A stretch of DNA of 32,000 bases, taken from Nitrosococcus oceani ATCC 19707 (lineage in GTDB: Bacteria; Pseudomonadota; Gammaproteobacteria; Nitrosococcales; Nitrosococcaceae). Made by a program: the position numbers and the translations under genes. The stretch spans positions 180,001 to 212,000 of the forward strand of contig NC_007484.1 in the NCBI RefSeq assembly GCF_000012805.1. The letters run 5' to 3'. Each line of letters opens with the position of its first letter. Within the stretch, counting starts at the first letter, position 1. This document shows, piece after piece, positions 16,685-28,096 of the stretch. The notes beneath the pieces were generated by a model that was not told the origin of the DNA, did no database searches, and saw nothing but the letters and a program-made list of their open reading frames with translations.

Positions 16685-18019
16685 ATGCAGCCTATCGAAG
16701 AAGTATCGCAAGATACGATGGCTTTTGTGGTGGCGCCGGGGGGGGCGCTGAGGGGTCGGTTACGGGTTCCCGGGGATAAGTCTATCTCCCATCGGGCTAT
16801 TATCTTGGGCGCGTTGGCCGAGGGTATTACCCAGATCACTGGGTTTTTGGAGGGAGAAGATACTCTGGCAACGTTGCAGGCCTTTCGGGATCTCGGGGTA
16901 AGCATTGAGGGACCTGAGGGAGGACGGGTAAAAATACATGGTGTAAGTCTACAGGGTTTACGGGCGCCGGAAAAACCCCTTTATTTAGGTAACTCAGGAA
17001 CATCAGTGCGATTACTCGCCGGTCTTTTCGCCGGCCAATCCTTTGATGTCATACTTAGGGGCGATGAGTCTCTCTCTCGCCGTCCCATGCGGCGAGTCTG
17101 TGACCCCTTAGCCCGAATGGGCGCTTTTATCGAGACGACGGCTCAAGGTACTCCCCCCCTACACATTCATGGCGGACAGTCACTGTATGGTATTGAATAT
17201 GCGATGCCGATGGCCAGCGCCCAAGTCAAATCCAGCCTGTTATTGGCGGGACTTTATGCATCGGGACGAACCTGTGTGGTTGAGCCTGCTCCGACAAGGG
17301 ATCACTCTGAGCGTATGCTGGCCGGTTTTGGCTACCCCGTAGAGCGAGAGGGTGCAAAAGTTTGTATCCAAGGGGGGGGAACGTTGCATGGTACTGTGGT
17401 TGAGATCCCTGCAGATATTTCTTCGGCGGCCTTTTTTATGGTGGGAGCCGCGATTGGTAAGGGTTCGGATATTTTATTGGAGCATGTCGGTATCAATCCG
17501 ACCCGGACAGGAATTATTGATATTCTCCGGCGTATGGGAGCAGAAATTGAAATAAGAGAAACAGGTGTAGTTGGCGGCGAACCGGTAGCAGCGATACGGG
17601 TCCGAGCTAGCCGGTTGCATGGGATTAATATTCCTGAAGACCTGGTTCCGTTGGCGATAGATGAATTCCCGGCCCTATTTATAGCCGCGGCTTGTGCCGA
17701 AGGCGAGACGGTATTGGCTGGAGCTGGAGAGCTGAGGGTTAAAGAAAGTGACCGTATCCAGGTGATGGCTGATGGTTTGCAAGCTTTGGGAATTTCTGCT
17801 CAGCCCACGGCGGATGGAATTATTATCCAAGGGGGAGAATTGCAAGGGGGAGAGGTCCATAGTCACGGCGATCACCGATGCGCCATGGCCTTTGCCATGG
17901 CTTCCCTAGTTGCCAAGGGCCCTATTATTATTCGTGATTGCGCCAATGTGGCCACTTCTTTTCCGGGTTTTTTGGAGTTAGCTTGTGGTGCTGGTTTAGC
18001 AATTCGCCATGGAAAATAG
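16685..18019 (+). CDS. aroA: 3-phosphoshikimate 1-carboxyvinyltransferase (EPSP synthase), class II-type motifs
   Basis: 444 aa with GDKSISHR, LGNSGTSVRLL, SAQVKS, RDHSERM, NPTRTG and KESDR. Confidence 0.95.
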   Translation: MQPIEEVSQDTMAFVVAPGGALRGRLRVPGDKSISHRAIILGALAEGITQITGFLEGEDTLATLQAFRDLGVSIEGPEGGRVKIHGVSLQGLRAPEKPLYLGNSGTSVRLLAGLFAGQSFDVILRGDESLSRRPMRRVCDPLARMGAFIETTAQGTPPLHIHGGQSLYGIEYAMPMASAQVKSSLLLAGLYASGRTCVVEPAPTRDHSERMLAGFGYPVEREGAKVCIQGGGTLHGTVVEIPADISSAAFFMVGAAIGKGSDILLEHVGINPTRTGIIDILRRMGAEIEIRETGVVGGEPVAAIRVRASRLHGINIPEDLVPLAIDEFPALFIAAACAEGETVLAGAGELRVKESDRIQVMADGLQALGISAQPTADGIIIQGGELQGGEVHSHGDHRCAMAFAMASLVAKGPIIIRDCANVATSFPGFLELACGAGLAIRHGK

Positions 18020-18045
18020 ATAAATAGATTAGGTATTCAATTTTC

Positions 18046-18738
18046 ATGTCACCTTATAAACTCATAGTTTTCGATTGGGACGGAACTTTAATGGATTCGG
18101 AAGCGCGTATTGTGGCGAGTATGCGTTCTGCGATTCATGATCTTAGCTTCCCTTTTCGGGAAGACGCGCAGCTGCGTAATGTGATTGGCCTGGGCTTGCC
18201 AGAAGCTTTGGCTATGCTTTATCCAGAGGGGGATAAAGTGATGAAAAATGCTTTGGTTGAGCGCTATCGTCATTATTATTTGAGTGCCGATTTAACCCCT
18301 AGCCAGCTCTTTGAGGGAGTTGAGGAATTATTAGGAAAATTGCACGAGCAGGGTTATTTAATGGCTATTGCTACGGGTAAGGGGCGTAGCGGCTTGGATC
18401 GGGTATTACCGGAGGTAGGTGTTGCCCACTATTTTTGCACCAGCCGCTGCGCCGATGAGACGGCCTCGAAGCCTAACCCCCGCATGCTATTGGAGATTAT
18501 GGCGCAAACCCAGGCTAGGCCTGAAGAGACCCTGATGGTTGGCGACACCGAATATGACCTGCTGATGGCCAAATACGCGGGAACCGATGCTTTAGCGGTA
18601 AGCTATGGCGTACATGAAAAAACCCGCCTGCAACAATGTGGCCCTATTGGCTGCGTTGATTCAGTCACAGCTTTAGAGGGTTGGTTGTCAGCAGGACCAG
18701 CTTACGCTGCGCGTAATGCAAGCTGTCGGCACGGCTAA
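18046..18738 (+). CDS. HAD-IA family phosphatase (phosphoglycolate phosphatase-like)
   Basis: HAD motifs are present: motif I FDWDGTLMDS, motif II ATGK, motif III/IV KPNP ... VGDTEYD. Confidence 0.85.
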   Translation: MSPYKLIVFDWDGTLMDSEARIVASMRSAIHDLSFPFREDAQLRNVIGLGLPEALAMLYPEGDKVMKNALVERYRHYYLSADLTPSQLFEGVEELLGKLHEQGYLMAIATGKGRSGLDRVLPEVGVAHYFCTSRCADETASKPNPRMLLEIMAQTQARPEETLMVGDTEYDLLMAKYAGTDALAVSYGVHEKTRLQQCGPIGCVDSVTALEGWLSAGPAYAARNASCRHG

Positions 18739-18812
18739 AGACGGCTGTTGTAATGGCGATCGCCACCCCTTTCTTCCATGGCGTTTCGTTTAATGATAAG
18801 GGGGTAATGGGG

Positions 18813-19496
18813 ATGAGTAAAGAAATCCCCGTGATTACGGTGGATGGGCCTAGTGGTTCAGGGAAAGGCACCTTAGCACAGCAGTTGGCACAGCACTTGG
18901 AATGGCACTACTTAGACAGTGGTGCGATGTATCGGGTATTGGCTCTGGCAGCGGATAAACATGGCATTGCGCCAAATGCTCCTAAGCAGTTAGAAACTTT
19001 GGCCCAGAATCTAGATGTCCGATTTATATCGGGTCTAGAGGGCATGCCAGCACGAGTGTTTCTAGAGGGCTCAGAAGTGAGTGATTCTATCCGTAGAGAA
19101 GAATGTGGTAATGCTGCTTCAAAGATTGCTGCTTTGGCTGAGGTACGGGGGGCCTTGTTGATGCGACAGCGGGCTTTTCGCAAAGCACCAGGATTAGTTA
19201 CTGATGGGCGAGATATGGGAACAGTGGTGTTTCCAGAGGCGGACTTAAAAATTTTTCTTACTGCCAGTCCATATGAGCGGGCGCGAAGGCGTTATAAGCA
19301 GTTGAAGGAAAAAGGCATAGGTGCTAATCTAAAAAATTTAGAGAAAGAAATCGCTGAACGGGATAGGCGCGATTGCGAACGTAATATTGCTCCGCTCAAA
19401 TCGGCTGATGATGCTATAATACTAGATTCTACAAACCTTGCTATTAAGGAAGTATTTCAGCAAGTGTTACCATGGTTGTCAGGAAAAAATACGTAA
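18813..19496 (+). CDS. cmk: (d)CMP kinase
   Basis: P-loop VITVDGPSGSGKGT and LDSGAMYR. The track ORF is trimmed to Met21, which follows AAGGGGG. The ATG at 18807 is also possible. Confidence 0.9.
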   Translation: MSKEIPVITVDGPSGSGKGTLAQQLAQHLEWHYLDSGAMYRVLALAADKHGIAPNAPKQLETLAQNLDVRFISGLEGMPARVFLEGSEVSDSIRREECGNAASKIAALAEVRGALLMRQRAFRKAPGLVTDGRDMGTVVFPEADLKIFLTASPYERARRRYKQLKEKGIGANLKNLEKEIAERDRRDCERNIAPLKSADDAIILDSTNLAIKEVFQQVLPWLSGKNT

Positions 19497-19615
19497 TTTT
19501 AGGGTAGTTCGTGGCATTAAATGCCACGGGCCAAGATTAAACAGTGGCTCCGTAAGTTGTGGAGTATTTAGCTGGTTGGCATGGGTATCCGCTAACCAAG
19601 GGTTTTGGTGAATCA

Positions 19616-21301
19616 ATGGGCGAAAGCTTTGCAGAGTTGTTTGAGGAAAGCCAGGCGGATATGCCGATGGCGCCAGGTTCTATTGTAACGGGCACCGTCA
19701 TGGAAATTCGTTCCGACGTTGTGATTGTCAACGCCGGATTTAAGTCCGAGGGAGTGATCTCTGCGGAACAGTTCCGTGATGAAAAGGGAAATTTGAATAT
19801 CTCTGAGGGTGATTTAGTCGAAGTCGCTCTGGAAGCCATTGAGGATGGTTTTGGCGAGACTCGTCTTTCCCGCCAGAAGGCCAAGGAAGCTCGGGTTTGG
19901 AATGATCTTGAAGGAGCCTTTGAGGCAGGCGAAACCATTACCGGCGTGTTGACTGGCAAGGTCAAAGGCGGTTTTACAGTGGATTTAAATGGGGTTCGTG
20001 CGTTTCTACCGGGCTCATTGGTAGATGCCCGCCCCGTGCGAGACACTGCCTATCTTGAGAGTAAAGAACTTGAATTTAAACTCATCAAGCTGGATCGTCG
20101 GCGCAACAATATAGTGGTTTCACGCCGTGCAGTTATGGAAGCCGAGTACAGTGCAGAGCGAGAGGCGCTCTTATCTAGTTTAGAGGAAGGAAAGACGGTG
20201 AAGGGCGTCGTCAAAAATCTTACTGATTATGGCGCCTTCGTGGACTTGGGAGGGTTAGATGGATTGCTCCACATCACGGATATGTCGTGGAAACGAATCA
20301 AGCATCCTTCCGAAGTAGTGAATATTGGCGATGACATTACCGTTCAGGTGCTCAAATTCGATAGAGAGCGCCAGCGCGTCTCTCTCGGGCTGAAGCAAAT
20401 GGGAGAAGATCCCTGGAAAGATTTGGCGCGGCGTTATCTTGACGGTACTCGCCTCTTTGGTAAGGTAACGAATGTTACCGACTATGGTTGTTTTGTGGAG
20501 ATTGAAGAAGGGGTAGAGGGTTTGGTTCATATGTCAGAGATGGACTGGACCAATAAAAATATCCACCCCTCGAAGATGGTTCAAGTTGGTGAGGAAGTTG
20601 AGGTGATGGTGCTTGATATTGATGAGGAGCGCCGTCGTATTTCCCTAGGAATGAAGCAATGCCTACCTAATCCATGGGAAGAGTTTGCCCATAGATATAA
20701 TAAGGATGATCGCGTAGCTGGCGAGATTAAATCCATTACCGACTTTGGCATTTTTGTCGGCTTAGAGGGGGGCATTGATGGCCTGGTTCATTTATCGGAT
20801 ATTTCCTGGTCGGCTTCGGGCGAAGAGATAATCCGTGATTATAAGAAAGGCGATCAGGTTGAGGCGGTTGTTCTGGCCATTGATCCAGAGCGAGAGCGCA
20901 TTTCTCTAGGAGTCAAGCAACTTGAGGACGATCCTTTCTCCAGCTATATTGCGACCTGCCCTAAAGGCAGCATAGTTAAGGGAATCGTCAAGGTGGTTGA
21001 TACTAGAGGCGCGGTCATTGAGTTGGCTGAGGGTGTGGAAGGACATCTGCGCGCCTCAGAAATTGCTAGAGAGCGTATAGATGATGCCCGTACTTCCCTT
21101 AATGTGGGGGACTCAATAGAGGCCAAGTTCACTGGCATCGATCGTAAGAATCGTGTAATTACCCTCTCCGTTCGTGCTAAAGATGTAGAAGAAGAGGCGG
21201 AAGCTATTAAGGAGTACTCCGGAACGGGTGCGGAAGCTGCTTCGACTACACTGGGCGATATCCTCAAGGAGCAAATGGAAAGGCAAGAGGAAGAAGGCTA
21301 A
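19616..21301 (+). CDS. rpsA: 30S ribosomal protein S1
   Basis: [12 protein letters not shown] aligns with the E. coli S1 N-terminus MTESFAQLFEES. Six S1 domains are present. The track ORF is trimmed to Met20. Confidence 0.97.
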   Translation: MGESFAELFEESQADMPMAPGSIVTGTVMEIRSDVVIVNAGFKSEGVISAEQFRDEKGNLNISEGDLVEVALEAIEDGFGETRLSRQKAKEARVWNDLEGAFEAGETITGVLTGKVKGGFTVDLNGVRAFLPGSLVDARPVRDTAYLESKELEFKLIKLDRRRNNIVVSRRAVMEAEYSAEREALLSSLEEGKTVKGVVKNLTDYGAFVDLGGLDGLLHITDMSWKRIKHPSEVVNIGDDITVQVLKFDRERQRVSLGLKQMGEDPWKDLARRYLDGTRLFGKVTNVTDYGCFVEIEEGVEGLVHMSEMDWTNKNIHPSKMVQVGEEVEVMVLDIDEERRRISLGMKQCLPNPWEEFAHRYNKDDRVAGEIKSITDFGIFVGLEGGIDGLVHLSDISWSASGEEIIRDYKKGDQVEAVVLAIDPERERISLGVKQLEDDPFSSYIATCPKGSIVKGIVKVVDTRGAVIELAEGVEGHLRASEIARERIDDARTSLNVGDSIEAKFTGIDRKNRVITLSVRAKDVEEEAEAIKEYSGTGAEAASTTLGDILKEQMERQEEEG

Positions 21302-21388
21302 AAACAATAGTTTTTTCTACTGAGGCTCAATGGGGGCGTGGCCCCCGAGCTTGTTGTGGTGTGCGGCTTTGGGAGTGCGTTGTTTGTT

Positions 21389-21679
21389 ATGACCAAATCG
21401 GAATTGATAGAAAGGCTTGCCCAGCGTCAGGCGCTGCTGTCTTATCGCGATGTAGAGCTAGCAGTCAAAATGCTGCTAGAGGTGATGAGCCAGGCTTTAG
21501 CACAAGGTGAGCGTATCGAGATACGAGGGTTTGGGAGTTTTTCATTGCATTATCGCCCACCGCGGAGCGGACGCAACCCAAAGACGGGTGATGCCGTGCC
21601 ATTGTCCTCTAAATATGTTCCACACTTCAAGCCTGGTAAAGAGCTGAGAGAACGAGTTGATCGTGGCGAATCTATTTAG
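21389..21679 (+). CDS. ihfB: Integration host factor subunit beta
   Basis: [11 protein letters not shown] ... [22 protein letters not shown]. 96 aa after trimming the spurious N-terminal extension. Confidence 0.95.
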   Translation: MTKSELIERLAQRQALLSYRDVELAVKMLLEVMSQALAQGERIEIRGFGSFSLHYRPPRSGRNPKTGDAVPLSSKYVPHFKPGKELRERVDRGESI

Positions 21680-21742
21680 GGTTCCTCGGCTGCTTTCTAA
21701 CCCCGCTTTAATTGCTAATCATTTAGTGGGGCGTTCTAGCGA

Positions 21743-22186
21743 ATGAAATTTAGCTTGGATGAGCGTACAGATGTTTATACAGTAAGCGCCTATGGCTCTG
21801 GGTATGTGGAGTTTAGGATACCTGTTTCTTCTGAAAAAGAGCCTGAACGCTTGCAAGGGGAGGGGTTAAAGGAAAATAGAGGTAGGCAAAAAATATGCCG
21901 AAATGTGGTAGTTTCGCCGGGGCGATTGCAGGAGTGGTCTCCTGCTTCCTTTTCTGAGTTAGAGAAGGCTCATTTTCAGGCATTTCTGGAGATGGAACCA
22001 GAGGTGGTAGTAGTTGGTACAGGCGAGCAATCACATTTCCTCTCTCCCCGTTTGATAGAGCCTTTGTTAAGGCACCAGATAGGGGTTGAATTTATGGATA
22101 CCGCAGCTGCTTGCCGAACTTATAATATTCTTGTTGGTGAAGGCCGGCGAGTAGTAGCAGCGCTATTTATAATCAGGCAGCCCTAA
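21743..22186 (+). CDS. Mth938/DUF498-like (NDUFAF3-type) protein with an internal insertion
   Basis: The C-terminal block VVVVGTGEQSHFLSP...GVEFMDTAAACRTYNILVGEGRRVVAALFI is characteristic of the family. An extra ~25-aa charged segment lies near residue 30. Confidence 0.7.
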   Translation: MKFSLDERTDVYTVSAYGSGYVEFRIPVSSEKEPERLQGEGLKENRGRQKICRNVVVSPGRLQEWSPASFSELEKAHFQAFLEMEPEVVVVGTGEQSHFLSPRLIEPLLRHQIGVEFMDTAAACRTYNILVGEGRRVVAALFIIRQP

Positions 22187-22200
22187 CTTTTGCCAGCAGC

Positions 22201-23166
22201 CTATTTAAATAAAATATCAACTGAAATGCCTTCTTTAGTCAGGATGCGGCGCAGCCGTTTGAGGGTTTCAAGCTGGATTTGGCGAACCCGTTCTCGGGTT
22301 ACACCAATGGCTTGGCCTACTTGCTCCAAAGTTTGTGGCTCATAGCCTTGGAGGCCAAAGCGCCGAATGACGACTTCTCGTTGCTTGTCATTGAGTTGGC
22401 TTAGCCATAATTTAAGACGGGATTGCATATCATCGTTTTGTAGCAAAACGGTAGGATCGGGTGCGTCTTCATCAGGCAGAGCATCAAGCAAGGTCTTTTC
22501 TTGATTGTTTCGGTAGCCCGTATCCATGGAAGCAGTATTGTCTTTAAGGCTCCATACACGTTTAATTTCTTCGACGGGCTTATTTAACTGCTGAGCTAGT
22601 TCTTCAAAGCTGGGATCGTGCTCTAATTCTTGCGCTAGTTTATTCGCTACTCGCTGATAGCTCTTGATTTCCTTTACCACGTGAACAGGTAAGCGCACGG
22701 TACGCGTTTGATTCATGAGCGCCCGTTCAATAGTTTGCCGTATCCACCATGTGGCATAAGTGGAAAAGCGAAAACCCATCTCTGGATCAAATTTTTCCAC
22801 AGCATGGATCAAGCCTAAATTCCCTTCCTCGATTAAATCGAGGAGCGCCAGACCTCTATTCATATAGCGCCTTGAAATTTTAACGACAAGTCGCAGATTG
22901 CTTTCAATCATGCGCTTACGCCCAGCAGGATTTCCTTTTTTAGCAAGGCGCGCATGGTAGACTTCCTCTTCCGCTGTCAGTAAAGGAGCACAGCCAATTT
23001 CACTTAGGTAGAGGTGCGTGGCGTCAAATTCATGATCACCCAGAGGCTGGCTTTCCCGCGTATTCTCAGGGTTGATGGATAGATGTTGGGGTTCTTCGTA
23101 TTCCCGTAGCGCCGTTTCGGATTTGCTTATAGACAAAGTCTTTCCTCCCTTACTTAAGAAAACCAT
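22201..23166 (-). CDS. rpoS: RNA polymerase sigma factor RpoS (sigma-38)
   Basis: Near-collinear similarity to E. coli RpoS: [70 protein letters not shown]. An alternative TTG start at 23136 lies 7 nt after GGAGG. Confidence 0.9.
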   Translation of the reverse strand: MVFLSKGGKTLSISKSETALREYEEPQHLSINPENTRESQPLGDHEFDATHLYLSEIGCAPLLTAEEEVYHARLAKKGNPAGRKRMIESNLRLVVKISRRYMNRGLALLDLIEEGNLGLIHAVEKFDPEMGFRFSTYATWWIRQTIERALMNQTRTVRLPVHVVKEIKSYQRVANKLAQELEHDPSFEELAQQLNKPVEEIKRVWSLKDNTASMDTGYRNNQEKTLLDALPDEDAPDPTVLLQNDDMQSRLKLWLSQLNDKQREVVIRRFGLQGYEPQTLEQVGQAIGVTRERVRQIQLETLKRLRRILTKEGISVDILFK

Positions 23167-23244
23167 GTATGGCTTCCTAGGTATAGTACCCTCGGCGCTT
23201 AGTGGATTACATAAGGAGAATCCCTTACTGTAGAGAGACCCCTC

Positions 23245-23583
23245 TTATTTCTCTAAGTGTGGGAGCTTATCTTCAACTTCGCCGTTTTTTATGCGATCCC
23301 ATTGGTCCGCATCTGCCGGGGGTTCTTTGCTTTCGGTAATGACCGGCCAGCTTTTTGCTAATTCAGCATTGATTCCCAAATATTTTTGATGTTCTTTAGG
23401 CACATCATCCTCAGAAAAAATGGCTTCAGCTGGACATTCCGGCTCGCATAATGTGCAATCGATACATTCATCTGGATCGATAACTAGAAAATTAGGGCCT
23501 TCATGAAAGCAATCAACGGGGCATACTTCAACACAGTCGGTATATTTGCATTTGATACAGTTTTCAGTTACTACGAACGTCAT
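23245..23583 (-). CDS. fdxA: 7Fe ferredoxin ([3Fe-4S][4Fe-4S], Azotobacter FdI type)
   Basis: [26 protein letters not shown] ... [12 protein letters not shown] cysteine pattern. 112 aa. Confidence 0.92.
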   Translation of the reverse strand: MTFVVTENCIKCKYTDCVEVCPVDCFHEGPNFLVIDPDECIDCTLCEPECPAEAIFSEDDVPKEHQKYLGINAELAKSWPVITESKEPPADADQWDRIKNGEVEDKLPHLEK

Positions 23584-23792
23584 AAAAACTCTCTCCTGTC
23601 TAGCGCACGTTTCTCGTGCTTGCGTTCCGAGATTTGCTAAGTTAGCAAAGAATTTATAGGGTTGTTTGCGCTTAGCTATATCATTAACATTTTAATCCCA
23701 ATTTCCGATCCTGACGAGAGTAAAATATTGGACAGCTTATTAGAGAGTTCAGGTATGATGTACCTAGGGTACAGTGTCTAGGGGGAGGAGGC

Positions 23793-24086
23793 ATGCGAAG
23801 AATTTTTTATTTTTTTATTTTTATTGTTGTTTTTGTTCTAGGGCTCACCTTTGCGGGGCGCCACGCCGAGTCTGTCGCAATCGATTACCATTTCGGCCAG
23901 CTACATGTCCCATTATCTTTGCTTCTCGCCCTTATTTTGATGATAGGAACGATACTTGGCATACTTGTCAGCTTAATTACGATCATAAGGTTGAAGCGTG
24001 AAAACAGAAGGTTGCGCAAATCAATTAGGTGGGTTGAAAAAGAGAATGCCAACCTGCGGACGATTTCTCTTAAACATGGGCAATAA
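23793..24086 (+). CDS. lapA: Lipopolysaccharide assembly protein LapA (YciS, DUF1049)
   Basis: 97 aa with two TM helices and a basic C-terminal tail. GGAGGAGG lies upstream, and the gene immediately precedes lapB. Confidence 0.8.
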   Translation: MRRIFYFFIFIVVFVLGLTFAGRHAESVAIDYHFGQLHVPLSLLLALILMIGTILGILVSLITIIRLKRENRRLRKSIRWVEKENANLRTISLKHGQ

Positions 24087-24088
24087 AC

Positions 24089-25252
24089 GTGATCGAATGG
24101 TTATTGTTGCTGTTACCTGTGGCAGCGGCTTCAGGCTGGCTAGCAGGTAAGCGCAGTGCAGAAACCGTAAATGCGGATAGTCACTCCCAACTAAATTCCG
24201 CCTACTTTGCCGGCCTAAATCATTTGTTAAATGAGCAGCCAGATAAGGCTATTGATACCCTGCTTAATGCTTTGAAAGTGGATAGCGACACGGTAGAACC
24301 CTATCTAGCATTAGGTAATCTATTTCGCCGGCGCGGGGAGGTAGACCGGGCGATTCGGGTTCATCAAAATCTTATTGAGAGGCCTTATTTAAGCAGCTCG
24401 CAAAGAGGACAAGCCCTTTTGGAATTGGGTTTGGATTATATGCGCGCGGGAATGTTGGATCGGGCTGAAAGCTCTTTTCTTGAGGTCCTTAAGCGAAGAA
24501 GCCACATAGGTATTACCCTGCGCCAGTTACTTGATCTCTATCAGCAGGAAAAGAATTGGCATCAAGCTATTGCTATGGCTCAAAAGCTGCACGAGGAGAG
24601 TGGCGAAGCGACGGAATCCATGATCGCTCATTTTTATTGTGAACTTGCGGAACAGCATTGGGCCCAGAAAAAAGCTGTGGAAACGACCCGGTTTATCAAG
24701 CAGGCGCTGGCCTCGGATTGGCGCTGTGTTCGAGCAACTCTGCTCCAGTCCAGTTTAGCAATGGAGAAAGGGGATTATAAGAGGGCTATTCGCTGTTTGC
24801 GGCAGGTTGAGAGGCAAGATCCAGACTATTTGCCGGAGATATTAAAGCCGCTCTCGGAATGCTACCAGTACCTGGAGGGCCAAGATAAATTCTTTTTCTG
24901 GCTAACTGAAGCATCAAAGCGCCATCCAGGATGTACTTCATTAGTTTTAGCCAGAGCGGCATACTTACAGCAGCGGGGAGAACAGAAAGAGGCTCGCTAT
25001 TTCCTAATCGAGCAACTTAGAGTGTATCCTTCCGTTGAGGCACTTCAGCAGTTGCTTGCTTTGGGAGTGCCAGAGGATATTGAGGCTGCTTCAGAGCCTT
25101 GGTCTTTAATAGAAGAAGTGGCTAGCCGCCTGTTAAAAGCTAAATTAAATTACGTTTGCGGTTTTTGCGGATTTGGCGGCAAGTATTGCTATTGGCAATG
25201 CCCAGGTTGTAAACGCTGGGGGACCGTTAAGCCCTTGGCTGTAGGTACTTAA
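24089..25252 (+). CDS. lapB: Lipopolysaccharide assembly protein LapB (YciM)
   Basis: The N-terminal TM segment LLLLLPVAAASGWLAGKRS resembles E. coli LapB. TPR repeats follow, then a C-terminal rubredoxin-like CGFCG...CPGC. Confidence 0.9.
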   Translation: MIEWLLLLLPVAAASGWLAGKRSAETVNADSHSQLNSAYFAGLNHLLNEQPDKAIDTLLNALKVDSDTVEPYLALGNLFRRRGEVDRAIRVHQNLIERPYLSSSQRGQALLELGLDYMRAGMLDRAESSFLEVLKRRSHIGITLRQLLDLYQQEKNWHQAIAMAQKLHEESGEATESMIAHFYCELAEQHWAQKKAVETTRFIKQALASDWRCVRATLLQSSLAMEKGDYKRAIRCLRQVERQDPDYLPEILKPLSECYQYLEGQDKFFFWLTEASKRHPGCTSLVLARAAYLQQRGEQKEARYFLIEQLRVYPSVEALQQLLALGVPEDIEAASEPWSLIEEVASRLLKAKLNYVCGFCGFGGKYCYWQCPGCKRWGTVKPLAVGT

Positions 25253-25380
25253 TCTACGCGGTATTAATCTATATGCTATTGATAATGTTAGCTTATCCAG
25301 GGCTAAATAAAATATTTAGGGTTTAATTCAGTGTCCTGACCAAGTTTAGCTTGCCAGAACTCAATGGGAGAGAAAAATTA

Positions 25381-26350
<970 letters not shown>

Positions 26351-26423
26351 CAGTGTTTGGCTTTGATTCTCCGCCGATCTGCACCCAAATGCAGCGTTAT
26401 AGTTAATTAAAATAGGATATTTT

Positions 26424-27233
26424 TTGCAAACGGATATCGCGCCTCTTAAATCACAGCTCATCCGGGCAGCGATGGGAGAGGATAGCTTAGAGTGGCTGTC
26501 GCAATTAGAACTCTACCCGGTATTGGATTCTACTAACCGTTATCTTTTAGCTCGAGTCAAACATGGCGCCAAGAAGGGGACAGTTTGTTTAGCCGAGGCC
26601 CAGTCGGCAGGCAGAGGGCGCCATGGGCGTCTCTGGTTATCGCCTCCCAGTGGTAATATTTATCTCTCATTGCTATGGTGTTTTTCTAAAAATCCGCAAT
26701 TTTTGTCAGGTCTGAGTATAGCGGCTGGTGTGGGTGTATTGCGTGCGTTGCAAGACCAGGGTGTCACTAAAATAGGCTTAAAGTGGCCTAACGACGTGCT
26801 CTGGGATGATCGGAAATTGGGTGGTATTCTAGTAGAGCTGGTGCCCAAGGAGGGAGGCACAGGTGTAGTAGTAGGGGTGGGTATCAATGTAAATATGCCT
26901 ATTCCCTATAGAGAGCAATTAGTTCAGTCTTGTACTGACTTAGCGGAAGCTACCCAAAACCGATCGGTAGATCGTAATTATTTGGCTGGGCGCCTCATCC
27001 ATCATTTTTTGCTGATAATGCATAATTTTGAGCGCTGGGGCTTAAGGGATTGTCTTGATGATTGGCGTAGATGGGACGCTTGTTACCAGCGGGAAGTCTA
27101 TTTATACGAGGGCAGTAGGGTGATCAGCGGCATTGCTTGTGGTATTAATGAGGAGGGAAGCTTGTTATTACAAGAAAAAGGGAGAATATCATGCCACTTC
27201 TGTGGGGAAGTAAGTTTGAGGCGAGTTAAGTGA
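26424..27233 (+). CDS. birA: Biotin--[acetyl-CoA-carboxylase] ligase, no N-terminal HTH (group I BirA)
   Basis: SQSAGRGRHGRLW biotin-binding motif, KWPNDV, GGILVE. 269 aa is too short to include a repressor domain. The TTG start is uncertain, and the ATG at 26472 is an alternative. Confidence 0.85.
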   Translation: MQTDIAPLKSQLIRAAMGEDSLEWLSQLELYPVLDSTNRYLLARVKHGAKKGTVCLAEAQSAGRGRHGRLWLSPPSGNIYLSLLWCFSKNPQFLSGLSIAAGVGVLRALQDQGVTKIGLKWPNDVLWDDRKLGGILVELVPKEGGTGVVVGVGINVNMPIPYREQLVQSCTDLAEATQNRSVDRNYLAGRLIHHFLLIMHNFERWGLRDCLDDWRRWDACYQREVYLYEGSRVISGIACGINEEGSLLLQEKGRISCHFCGEVSLRRVK

Positions 27234-28030
27234 TTCTACTGGTGGATATTGGTAATAGCCGGATTAAGTGGGCCCGGCTAGACGGCGGTAAGCCTGCCGA
27301 TATGGGGGCGGTGACGCGGGGTAAGACGGGCATCAAGCGGGTTCTCTCCAAGGCTTGGAAAGAGTTTGGAGATGTTAACCGGGTTGTCGTTGCCAACGTC
27401 GGTGGTCCAAAAGTTGCCGAACAACTAGAACAGTGGCTGCAAACTCACTGGCAGATAGCGCCCGAATTTTTAACTGCCCGTAGCAATGGGTATGGGATAC
27501 GTAATGCTTATTCGAAACCGGAAACTTTGGGGATAGACCGTTGGCTAGGGCTGGTTGCAGTACGTCAACGTTATCGGGGTGGCGATCGTAAGAAAGCCAT
27601 TTGCATCGTCGATTGTGGCACGGCGATTACCCTTGATGTGCTTGCCGCTGATGGTAAGCATTTAGGGGGGTTAATTATCCCTGGTTTGGCCATGATGCCT
27701 AAATTTCTGGCGGATCATACGGCAGGCATCAACGAAACTACCGAAGCAGTGGAATATTCGCTGCTTGCTAGTACTACGAGCGCGGCAATCAACGCTGGTG
27801 CGTTGTATGGGGCGGTTGCTTTTATCGACCGCGTCAGTCACGATGTAGCTGTTGAAATGAAGGGAGAGCTTAAATTCGTCATTACGGGTGGCGATGCGCC
27901 TCGGATATTGCCATTATTGCGGGATAAATATGAGCATCTTCCTGATCTCGTTTTACGGGGGCTTGCGCGGGTAGCCAAGGATACTTCAAAAGTAAGGCGG
28001 GAAACAGACCTTGATTGCGCAGCTCAGTAA
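27230..28030 (+). CDS. coaX: Type III pantothenate kinase
   Basis: ILLVDIGNSRIKWA, LGIDRW and VDCGTAIT (ASKHA fold motifs). The GTG start overlaps the birA stop (GTGA). Confidence 0.92.
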   Translation: MILLVDIGNSRIKWARLDGGKPADMGAVTRGKTGIKRVLSKAWKEFGDVNRVVVANVGGPKVAEQLEQWLQTHWQIAPEFLTARSNGYGIRNAYSKPETLGIDRWLGLVAVRQRYRGGDRKKAICIVDCGTAITLDVLAADGKHLGGLIIPGLAMMPKFLADHTAGINETTEAVEYSLLASTTSAAINAGALYGAVAFIDRVSHDVAVEMKGELKFVITGGDAPRILPLLRDKYEHLPDLVLRGLARVAKDTSKVRRETDLDCAAQ

Positions 28031-28096
28031 GTTTTCTTAAAATAACGGATTAACTTTTCCTTCCTTTGAGCTAGCAATATCTTTGTAATCATCATT

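Noticed and set aside
19537-20046. 169-aa minus-strand ORF, and similar antisense ORFs inside gyrA, pheA, tyrA, aroA, cmk and rpsA.
   Set aside because: They are fully embedded antisense to strongly supported housekeeping genes. They are typical shadow ORFs.
21332-21346. GC hairpin GGGGGC-GTG-GCCCCC between rpsA and ihfB as a terminator.
   Set aside because: No U-tract follows. It may be an attenuator or processing site, but it cannot be supported as a terminator.
23774-24001. 75-aa ORF overlapping lapA in another frame.
   Set aside because: The lapA frame has the GGAGGAGG ribosome-binding site, two TM helices and the conserved position before lapB. The alternative frame is Cys/Arg-rich noise.
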